Below, in pieces: positions 40,391 to 48,518 of a DNA stretch of 64,000 nt (positions are counted from its first letter, which is position 1; each line of letters opens with the position of its first letter). Origin of the DNA: an uncultured Pseudomonadota bacterium (GTDB lineage Bacteria > Vulcanimicrobiota > Vulcanimicrobiia > Eremiobacterales > Eremiobacteraceae); assembly GCA_963736005.1 (NCBI GenBank), contig CAVTNB010000001.1, forward strand, positions 544,001 to 608,000, read 5' to 3'. The notes beneath the pieces were generated by a model that worked only from the letters and a program-made list of their open reading frames with translations, ran no database searches and was not told the DNA's origin. Made by a program: the position numbers and the translations under genes.

Positions 40391-40423
40391 AGCTTACCGT
40401 GAGGGCGTGCCGCTTTCGTGCCG
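40391..40423 (-). promoter_or_regulatory. Heptamer direct-repeat promoter
   Basis: CGGCACG-aaag-CGGCACG-9 nt-TAAGCT; a third CGGCACG lies at 40370-76. Confidence 0.65.
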
Positions 40424-40470
40424 CCTCGGCGGGTGAGCCTTGGAGCGCAACCTTAAGCTATTCTTGGCTT

Positions 40471-40695
40471 GATCTTCACAACTTTTACGCGCTATGTTTG
40501 GACTCGAACATGGCCTACTCGTGCGCGTATTTTCGGGATGCTTCCGACACGATTGACGAGGCTCAGCTTCAGAAGTGCGATTTGATCTGCCGCAAGTCAC
40601 CCCTCAAACGAGGCGAGCGGTTCTTGGACATCGGTTGCGGTTCGGGCGGCCTCGTGCGCTTCGCCTGCGCGAGTACGGAGTGGAAGCAGTTCTGA
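40471..40695 (+). pseudogene. cfa: Cyclopropane-fatty-acyl-phospholipid synthase fragment
   Basis: FYALCLDSNMAYSCAYF...DEAQLQKCDLICRK..LKRGERFLDIGCGSGGL; both ends missing. Confidence 0.8.
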
Positions 40696-40824
40696 TACTT
40701 GTGGTTGTGATAATGATCCTACTCGCGGTCACCGGCCACCTCAAACCATAGATCGCGCTTCCAAGACCTTGAGGGTGGCACTTCGGTTCCGCCTTTCGCT
40801 GTTATTCATGGTGCGCGGTCCAGC

Positions 40825-41850
40825 TCAAGGCAAAACCCGGTAGCGTGCTTCCATCCCCGCCATCAGGTGGCTTTGGACGTGGCAATGAAGCAACCAGACG
40901 CCCGGGTTGTCCGGGATCATGTCGGCGACCGCGATCTCGTCGATCTCCACCTGGAAAGCGTCGGTGCGCATCCCATTTTGCAACAACGTCTGGCCGTGCC
41001 AGTGCGGTGCGTGCGCGTCGAACCCGCTGCGCGTGACGATGACGTACCAGCGAGTCCGCTCGCCTTCGCGCACGGTGACCATCGGCATGGTGCCATAGCT
41101 GTAGCCATCGATGGTGAAGAATACGTTGGCGAACTGGAAGTTCGGCGCATGGCTTCCAACGTGTCGCGGATTGAGTTCCGGATCCGCGATGTTCGCACCG
41201 ACGAGGCGGCTCTGGCTCTCGTCCATCATAGCGAAGAGGATGGGCACTTCGCGGTCGACATCCGAGGGAGTTCCGTCGGGCCTCGCTGACCCTCGCCTGG
41301 TCACGATGACCGCTCCGATCATACCGGTGTTTTCGTCCCTATTCTCGGCGACCGGACTGTAGTAGCGCCACGCGATCGAGCTGCCATCGTTCACCCCGGG
41401 GCCCGAGCTCGCCGGAACGTGCCAAACATAGGTGTGCCGCCCGCCCGGTGCCACGACCGAGGATGAGCCCGCCAGCCCCGCAACTGCCATTGCGGCCGGT
41501 AATGGGGAATTGTTCTTGAATCGCACCACGAGCGTGTCTCCCACGACTGCGTGCATGGTCGGACCGAGCAGGCCCTGATAGGCGTCCGAGGCCGGCACCG
41601 GCACGCGCTTGGTGAACGACGCGTCCGTGTACGCTCGATACATGACCTTTCGAAACCGCCATCCCAGCGCGCCTGGGGGTAACGAGGGCAAAGGGCCGCC
41701 TGCAATCTGATCCTGACCGCCCGGTGCGTAATTCCAAACCACCTCATCCGCCGCGATGTAGTACGTGCGGATTGCCGCCTGGGCAGGTGCCGCGTAGATC
41801 AGGGCCGCGCCCAACAGTATCGCGGCAGTGGTTACAGACGCAGCCCTCAC
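40825..41850 (-). CDS. Two-domain multicopper oxidase subunit C (ceruloplasmin-like)
   Basis: Signal peptide, RTYYIAADE; domain 2 HAPHWH and HCHVQSHLMAGM intact, domain 1 His motifs lost; GTGA overlap. Confidence 0.9.
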   Translation of the reverse strand: MRAASVTTAAILLGAALIYAAPAQAAIRTYYIAADEVVWNYAPGGQDQIAGGPLPSLPPGALGWRFRKVMYRAYTDASFTKRVPVPASDAYQGLLGPTMHAVVGDTLVVRFKNNSPLPAAMAVAGLAGSSSVVAPGGRHTYVWHVPASSGPGVNDGSSIAWRYYSPVAENRDENTGMIGAVIVTRRGSARPDGTPSDVDREVPILFAMMDESQSRLVGANIADPELNPRHVGSHAPNFQFANVFFTIDGYSYGTMPMVTVREGERTRWYVIVTRSGFDAHAPHWHGQTLLQNGMRTDAFQVEIDEIAVADMIPDNPGVWLLHCHVQSHLMAGMEARYRVLP

Positions 41851-42923
41851 GGCCGCACCGTGTAGCGCCCGGTCATGCCCGCGTCGAAGTGTATGTTCAA
41901 GTCGCAATTGAGCATCCATACTCCCGGATTTTCCGGCACCATGTCCGCGACTCTCGTATCGCCCGGACCTAGCGGGAGCGTGTTCGAGCGTTGGCCGTTG
42001 GCGAGCACCGTCTGTCCGTGCCATGTGGGGAAGTGAAAGTCGAAATCGCTCATCGTCGTCATTAGATACCACCTGACTCGCTGGCCTTTTGTCATGGTGA
42101 GCATGGGCAGATTCCCGAATAGGAAGCCGTTGATCGTGAAGAACTGGTTGGCGCCTTGAAACTGCGGTGCTGATGCGGAGATGTGGTGCGGATTGGTCGA
42201 TGCACCTACCAGATTTTCCGATACCAGGCGGCTTTGGCTCTCGTCTATCTCCGAGAACATCGTGACGAACTCGGCATCGATATCCTTGGGTGATCCATCG
42301 GGGCGCGCCATGCCACGCCGCGTGATGATGATCGGGCCCACAGGGCCGGTGTTCAGGTCGCGCACGTCATCGGTGTGCGAATAATACATCCACACGATCG
42401 AACTTGGATCCGCCGGACCGGGCCCCGAGCGCTCCGGCACCGTCCAGGTGTAGGTGTACACGCTGCCGGGGGCAACCGCGCCACCGCGCTTATCCGATCG
42501 CGGAGCGTGGTCGCTATATGGCGCTCCTTCCGACGCTTTGCTGTACTCGACGCCTCCTGGATAGACGCTCAGGTGCAAGCTGGTGTTGTTCTTGAACACT
42601 ACGACGATCGTGTCGCCCACCACAGCGCGGATGATCGGGCCTAGCACGCCGAGGTACGCATCTGCCGGTCCGCGCCTTTTGAGATGACGAAACGTTCTGT
42701 CGGTATACGCACGGTAGAGCGCCTTGTGATAGCTCCAGCCCAGTTGCGGCGGCTCGACTGCGGGCAGTGCGGTGCCCGTGATGAGGTCGCGCCCGCTCGG
42801 TGCGAAGTCCCAGAGCACGTCGTCAGCGGCGATATAGTACGTGCGGACGGCGGCATTGCATGGCACTGCCCCCAACAGAACGATAGCGGCGATCAACGCT
42901 GCTTGTGCGGCGCGGGTGATCAC
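41847..42923 (-). CDS. Two-domain multicopper oxidase subunit B (ceruloplasmin-like)
   Basis: Signal peptide, RTYYIAADD; T1 ligands kept (HFPTWH, NCDLNIHFDAGM), most T2/T3 His lost; GTGA overlap. Confidence 0.9.
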   Translation of the reverse strand: MITRAAQAALIAAIVLLGAVPCNAAVRTYYIAADDVLWDFAPSGRDLITGTALPAVEPPQLGWSYHKALYRAYTDRTFRHLKRRGPADAYLGVLGPIIRAVVGDTIVVVFKNNTSLHLSVYPGGVEYSKASEGAPYSDHAPRSDKRGGAVAPGSVYTYTWTVPERSGPGPADPSSIVWMYYSHTDDVRDLNTGPVGPIIITRRGMARPDGSPKDIDAEFVTMFSEIDESQSRLVSENLVGASTNPHHISASAPQFQGANQFFTINGFLFGNLPMLTMTKGQRVRWYLMTTMSDFDFHFPTWHGQTVLANGQRSNTLPLGPGDTRVADMVPENPGVWMLNCDLNIHFDAGMTGRYTVRP

Positions 42924-44011
42924 GGCAGCACCGTGAAGCGCGCCGTCATGCCAGCCTCGAGATGGACGGCCAGGCTGCAATCGAACAGCCACACGCCGGG
43001 ATTGTCCGGCACCATGTCCGCCACTTTCATATCCATGGGGCCGAGCATGATGGTGTTCGCCCGCTGGCCATCGTACAGCACGGTCTGTCCATGCCAGGTC
43101 GGCGCATGGAAATCGTTATCGTCCATTGACGCGAGCAAATACCAACGGACGCGCTCGCCCCTTTTCATCGTGAGCATGGGAAGGTTTCCATAGTCAAACC
43201 CGTTGATGGTGAGGAACTGGTTGGCTGCCTGTAACTTGGCCGCCGAACCGGTCACGTGTTGCGGATTCGTCACGGGGTCCACGAGATTCGCGTGGAGCAA
43301 ACGGCTCAGGCTTTCGTCCATTTGCGCGAACATCGTGATGAATTCGACATCAACGTCCTTCGGTGATCCGTCGGGGCGCGCCATGCCGCGCCTCGTGACG
43401 ATGATCGGTCCGATCGGGCCGGTGTCCATGTCGCGGGTTTCATTGGTGTGCGAATGGTACATCCAGATGATCGAGCTCGGGTCCATAGGTCCAGGCCCGG
43501 AGCGCTCCGGCACCATCCACGTATAGGTATGTCTACCACCAGGTGGCACGGCGTCATCCCACTTGTCAGCGTGCGACGTTTCATCGCGATACAACGCACC
43601 CTCCGACGCTTTGTCGTACTTCATGCCGTGCGCGTGCAGACTCAAGTGCAGCCGCGTGTTGTTCTTGAACACCGCGATGATCGTATCGCCAACCTCGGCA
43701 CGGATCACGGGTCCGAGCAAACCGAGATATGCGTCCCGGGGTGCTCGCGCCTTGAGGTGGCGAAAGCTCGCGTCCGTGTACTCCCGATAGATCGCTTTGT
43801 GGTAGATCCAACCCAGCTGCAACGGTTGTCGCGGCGGCAGCGCCTTGCCCGCGACGAGGTCCTGCCGGCTCGGCGCGAAGTTCCACAGCACCTCGTCAGC
43901 TGCGATGTAGTACGTGCGTACGGCTGCCTGGGCGGCTGTCGCACTCGCTACCAGTAGGCCGGCGGCGATCGCAGCCATTCCCAGCGCCATTGTCATGCTC
44001 CAGCGTCTCAC
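42920..44011 (-). CDS. Two-domain multicopper oxidase subunit A (ceruloplasmin-like)
   Basis: GGAGG RBS and GTG start; domain 1 SLHAHG and WMYHSH intact; domain 2 HAPTWH and DCSLAVHLEAGM. Confidence 0.9.
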   Translation of the reverse strand: MRRWSMTMALGMAAIAAGLLVASATAAQAAVRTYYIAADEVLWNFAPSRQDLVAGKALPPRQPLQLGWIYHKAIYREYTDASFRHLKARAPRDAYLGLLGPVIRAEVGDTIIAVFKNNTRLHLSLHAHGMKYDKASEGALYRDETSHADKWDDAVPPGGRHTYTWMVPERSGPGPMDPSSIIWMYHSHTNETRDMDTGPIGPIIVTRRGMARPDGSPKDVDVEFITMFAQMDESLSRLLHANLVDPVTNPQHVTGSAAKLQAANQFLTINGFDYGNLPMLTMKRGERVRWYLLASMDDNDFHAPTWHGQTVLYDGQRANTIMLGPMDMKVADMVPDNPGVWLFDCSLAVHLEAGMTARFTVLP

Positions 44012-44259
44012 AACCGGTTCCTCCCCGTGCGGAAAAGCTATCTGGAACAAGGATAGCACCCCGCCGTGCGACCCGCGTGCGGACCTGCGGAGCTAGGGTA
44101 GAGATACGGAAATGCCTTGCGGCCGCCGGATCAAGATTTGCCGGAAATGTGCCACAAACGCCATCTTTCGCATTCCCAGCGCGACGGCAAACTCCAGGCA
44201 AGACGCGCATAGCCTTAATCCCGGACTGAGGTGGGCCGTCTCATCCGGCTCGGATGTCC

Positions 44260-44460
44260 TCACAGCGATCCCTTTCGTGACGAGCCGGTACCCATTTGAA
44301 GCCTGATGAAGTCCGCGACCTCACCCGCACTGCCGACAAAAAGCCGTCGCCCGGAAGACACGTGCTGTACCGACCCACGGAGTTGCGTGGTTTCAGTCCC
44401 ATGCTCAAGCCACATCCGCACCAGGAACACGTGCTCATTGCGCCCGTCGTCGCTGCTCAA
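44260..44460 (-). CDS. Small hypothetical protein downstream of the BTAD regulator
   Basis: GGAG then TTG; HVFLVRMWLE...LRGSVQHVSSGRRLF. Confidence 0.6.
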   Translation of the reverse strand: MSSDDGRNEHVFLVRMWLEHGTETTQLRGSVQHVSSGRRLFVGSAGEVADFIRLQMGTGSSRKGSL

Positions 44461-44480
44461 ACAGATTCTCCGGTCGGCTG

Positions 44481-47400
44481 CTACCGCTTCTTGCGCCGTC
44501 GAACCTGAGTATAGCGCACGGGCGCGCCGTGGGCGTACGCGGGCCATTCTCCCCGGTCGCCCGCGGCGACGATTTCACGGTTAAGGGGGAGCGCGAAAAA
44601 CGCGGCTCGCGTCTTGGCGTCCGCCACCCTATTGGCGAAGTTCTGCATGGTCGTCACCGCGTTCTGAAGATGGAGCTTCGCTTGCGCCTTATCGGCGTTA
44701 GCCTGGCAGACGATCGCCGCTGCCCAATAGCAATAGTGTGGCCAGAAGGCGCCATCCGCGCTCTTGCCGGCGATTTTCAGCAAAGTATCTGCGGTCGCCC
44801 GGGCCTTGACTAGGTCGCCCGTCTGGACGTAGCACACCGCAAGGTCGCAATAGTCGTCCAGTAGGTCCGTCGGCTCGAGCACAGCTTGGCGCAGCGCGAG
44901 TCCCTGCTCCAGGTGCCGCACGCCGGCGTTCACCTGGCCGCTCATGCGTTCGGCATTGCCGAGATTTGCAAGCGCTGCCCCCTCGAAAAGTGGGAACTTG
45001 ACCTCCCGCGCGATCTGGAGAGCCTCGGTCGCGAGTCGCACTGCGCCGTCGGTATCGCCTTGCAGTAAACGATTGAGACTCATATTGACTTTGGTCACCG
45101 CGAGAGGGCGACGGTCACCCGTCCGTTCCGTGATTTCGAGGACGCGAGCGCCCAACTGATCCGCCTCTTGGAGCAGCCCGAGCCGCAACGCGAGCACAAA
45201 ATGGTTGGCCACCACGTGTGAGGTGCCGCGCAGGTTGCCGATGGACTGCATTGCCTCCGCAGCCTGCGCAAATAACCCGCGTGCCGCCTCGAAGTCTGAT
45301 TGAAACGTCGCGATGGTCGCGAGACGCTGCAATGCGTGTGCTTCTTCTTCTCGGTCGCCGATCGAGCGGCTCAGCGCAAGGTCCTCATGCGCGAGCTCGG
45401 CTGCATCGCCGATACGGTGTTGCTGCAACGCCGCGATCGTGGCAGTCGAGATCGCGCGCAGGATCAAGGTCTTGGCGGGGTGCTCGGCAGTCCGGCTCCG
45501 TAAGGTCGCAAGCAATTGTCGTGACTGCTCGCCATGACCCGCGGCGGTTGCGATTTCGACGAGCATGGCGAGCGTCTCGACCTGGCCGTCGTTGTCGCCG
45601 AGGTTTTGATACAGCTCGAGCGCCGCCTTCGCCGGCTTTTCGGCCTGTGCATGACTCGTCAACCAGACGAGGTGTTCCGCCCTCGCAAAGAGTGCCTTCG
45701 CGCGCCGGTGCGGATCGCTGCTGACCGCTGCCCGGCGTTCGAGCTCTTCGACCGCGCTAGCCTGCTTTTCGCGATCGCCCAGGCTCCGCTGCAGTTGCAG
45801 CGTGCGCAGCAACGTCTGCCAAGAAAGTTCGTCATCACCGTTTTGTTCGCTCAGCGCGCGAAGGACCTCGATGTCAGCGGCTTGCGCTTCACGCTCCCCG
45901 AGCTTTCCAAAGGCCTGCTCTCGCAGCAGCAACGCCTGCGACCGCGTTTGGTCGTTGTTCGCCAAAGCGAGAGCTTTGGTCGCGTGTGCGATCGCTTCGT
46001 GGTTTGCGAACAACGCAGCGGCGTGAGCTGCCGCAGCGAGATACTGCGTAGCCGCCCGCGCCCCGTCGCCGCCACGCTCCCAGTGCAGCGCACGATCCGC
46101 CGCGGCGAATCCGCCTGCGTCCGAGGGTTGCGCTTCGAGCAATTGCGCGATGCGGCGATGCCGGCGCGTGCGCAACGGTTGAGCCACCATTTCATAGATG
46201 GCCTCTTGGATGAGATGGTGGGTGAATGCGTAGTCGTAGCGCCGCCGTACCCCTGCCTCGCGCACGAGGTGCCGGTCCATCAACTCGTTGACGCCGTCGA
46301 GAATCGCGGCCTCGCTCGCACCCGCGACCTCGCGGATAAGGTCGACGTCAAAGCCGTGGCCCACGATCGCAGCTACCTGCGCTATCTCGCGACCTTCCTC
46401 GCTCAGCGATGCGAGGCGCGCAGCGATCGTCGCGTGTAGGATGTCGCCGCTTGTCCGACGTGCGTCACCGCGAGCCGGCCCTCCCTCGACTTCACGCACG
46501 ACGTCGCGCAGCGCCTCGGTGAGAAAAAGCGGATTGCCTTCGCTGCGTTCAAACCCAAGCCGCGCCATTTCCGGACCCTTGCCGGCCGGGATCGGCATCC
46601 GTTCGACGATGTCAATGACGTCCGCCTGCGACAGCCGCTTGAGCGTGAGCGTGTTCGCCAATTGTTCGCCGCGCAGTTCTTGCAGCACCGCACGCAGGGG
46701 ATGCGCCCGGCCTGCCTCTTCTTCTCGATAGGTGCCCACCAAGAGCACTGCGCTCTTGGCAAGCCGGCGCGCGAGAAAGGCGATCGCTGCGAGCGTGTCG
46801 GCTCCAGCCCAGTGCAGATCTTCGAAGATCATTAAGAGCGGACGCGGCAACGCCATGGCGGAGATAGCCGATGCCGCTGCGTCGAGCAAGCGGGCCTGCT
46901 CTCGGCTTGGATCGACTGAGGGTATTTCCGGCAGGTCCGCTCTCCGGATGGCCAAATCGGGGATGAGCTGGGCGATGATCGCCAGTCGCAGCGGGTCGAG
47001 ATTGAGAGTCGCCACGTACGGCAGGCTGTAACGCAGCGCTTCAACGATGCATTCATACGGGAAACGCTCGGGGCAGGTGGTCACGCCGACACAGACTCGT
47101 CCCCCTTCGGACTCGACCGATCGGGCGAGCTCCGCCACGAGGCGCGACTTGCCGATGCCGGCTTCGCCCGCGACGAACATGAGGCTGCCGTTGCCCCGTG
47201 CGGACCGCATCCAGAGCGCGCGCAGTTGCTCGAGTTCGCCGTGGCGGCCGGCGAAGGGCAGGCCCTCGTTTGCCTCCCGAGCCGCGGAACCCTCAGGCAT
47301 CGCACCCGAGCCAAGCGACGCCGGCAGCGGCGCATTGCGCACGATCGCGTCGCGAACGACGAGCGTTTCCGGCATCGGCTCCACGCCAAGTTCCGCTTTC

Positions 47401-48050
47401 AATCGCTTCGCAAACACCTCGAATGTCGCAATCGCCCCGGCGGCATCGCCCGACTCGTAATGACACGCCATGGTCAGGCGCACGATATCTTCGCGCCATG
47501 GGTCTGCAGCGAGCAATCGCGCGGCGTACTCCAACGCGCGGGCGAACTTGCGGTCGTCACGATAACGCGCGATGAGCGTGCTTAGGTCGGTGAAATAGAG
47601 CGCGCGTAATCGCTCGCGATACGAGACGACCCAGTCGTCGTAGCTGTCTGCCAAGAGATCGCCGGCATATACGTCGACCGCCTCCGCGCAGGTACCCGGA
47701 TCGGCGCTGAGCCGTTCGAAGTCTGCAACGTCAAGCCGCATGGCGTCATCGACGTGCCAGCGCAGCATGTCACCGTCGGCGCGTATCCATGGCTCGCCGG
47801 ACGGCGTCGGCGGGAGCGTCTTATTCAGCAGATACACGTAGCGGCGGAGTTCGGCCAGGGCGACCTCTTCGGTCGCATCCGCCCACAAAGTGAACGCGAG
47901 CGTGTTCCGCGAGATCTGTTGCTCGCGATGCAGGAGGAGATATGCGGCCAGCGGTATGGTCGCAGCGCGTTTCGGCAACTTGATGGTCGCGCCCGCTGAC
48001 GCGATTTGCGGATGACCCAGCAGGCGGATATCGAGTTTCGCCTCGTCCAT
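44481..48050 (-). CDS. SARP-like wHTH-BTAD-AAA ATPase-TPR transcriptional regulator
   Basis: IRLLG, LDVADFE, YAGDLL, DPWRE, ELGVEPMPET; GEAGIGKS Walker A; IFEDLHWA; GNPLF; TPR repeats. Confidence 0.9.
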   Translation of the reverse strand: MDEAKLDIRLLGHPQIASAGATIKLPKRAATIPLAAYLLLHREQQISRNTLAFTLWADATEEVALAELRRYVYLLNKTLPPTPSGEPWIRADGDMLRWHVDDAMRLDVADFERLSADPGTCAEAVDVYAGDLLADSYDDWVVSYRERLRALYFTDLSTLIARYRDDRKFARALEYAARLLAADPWREDIVRLTMACHYESGDAAGAIATFEVFAKRLKAELGVEPMPETLVVRDAIVRNAPLPASLGSGAMPEGSAAREANEGLPFAGRHGELEQLRALWMRSARGNGSLMFVAGEAGIGKSRLVAELARSVESEGGRVCVGVTTCPERFPYECIVEALRYSLPYVATLNLDPLRLAIIAQLIPDLAIRRADLPEIPSVDPSREQARLLDAAASAISAMALPRPLLMIFEDLHWAGADTLAAIAFLARRLAKSAVLLVGTYREEEAGRAHPLRAVLQELRGEQLANTLTLKRLSQADVIDIVERMPIPAGKGPEMARLGFERSEGNPLFLTEALRDVVREVEGGPARGDARRTSGDILHATIAARLASLSEEGREIAQVAAIVGHGFDVDLIREVAGASEAAILDGVNELMDRHLVREAGVRRRYDYAFTHHLIQEAIYEMVAQPLRTRRHRRIAQLLEAQPSDAGGFAAADRALHWERGGDGARAATQYLAAAAHAAALFANHEAIAHATKALALANNDQTRSQALLLREQAFGKLGEREAQAADIEVLRALSEQNGDDELSWQTLLRTLQLQRSLGDREKQASAVEELERRAAVSSDPHRRAKALFARAEHLVWLTSHAQAEKPAKAALELYQNLGDNDGQVETLAMLVEIATAAGHGEQSRQLLATLRSRTAEHPAKTLILRAISTATIAALQQHRIGDAAELAHEDLALSRSIGDREEEAHALQRLATIATFQSDFEAARGLFAQAAEAMQSIGNLRGTSHVVANHFVLALRLGLLQEADQLGARVLEITERTGDRRPLAVTKVNMSLNRLLQGDTDGAVRLATEALQIAREVKFPLFEGAALANLGNAERMSGQVNAGVRHLEQGLALRQAVLEPTDLLDDYCDLAVCYVQTGDLVKARATADTLLKIAGKSADGAFWPHYCYWAAAIVCQANADKAQAKLHLQNAVTTMQNFANRVADAKTRAAFFALPLNREIVAAGDRGEWPAYAHGAPVRYTQVRRRKKR

Positions 48051-48470
48051 CAGCGCTGTCCGCAACGATTCTTCGGACGCCAGCCCGACATGGCTGACCA
48101 CGGAACGCTGGGATCGTGCACGACGATGAAGAGCGCATCCCGCCGGTCTGGCCCGAGTATGTCAGCCGCATCGGGGTGCCCATAGGCTCGAACATAGAAT
48201 GCTTCGCTGATATCATCTTCACTCCGCGCTGCGTTTCGACGCACTGAGCGCCACTCACAAGGTACCACGCGTCCGGCCCCGGGTGCACGTGCACACGGGT
48301 GATGCCGTTGAAGCCAACCCCTTCTCCGACGAGCAATTCGAGCGGTCTGCAGGTCGGCAATGGCAATGCACCAACTTCAGCAACAAACTTCGCACCTGAG
48401 AGTGCCCACTCTTGCGTCCAAGGGTCATCAGGAGGATCCGCTTGTCTCCAATAGCACCGCATGCTTCGGC
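48050..48470 (-). pseudogene. Cupin-domain protein, frameshifted and 5'-truncated
   Basis: VAEVGALP...VHVHPGPDAWYLVSGAQCVETQ...PMRL in one frame, continuing RDALFIVVHD...WRPKNRC in another. Confidence 0.6.
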
Positions 48471-48518
48471 TGTCAATCGAAGTTTCTGACGACCATTTGA
48501 ACGGCGAACTGCGTGCTT

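Noticed and set aside
40825..44011. One six-domain oxidase broken by sequencing frameshifts
   Set aside because: Each part has its own signal peptide and a clean GTGA stop/start overlap at the same position, which random indels would not produce
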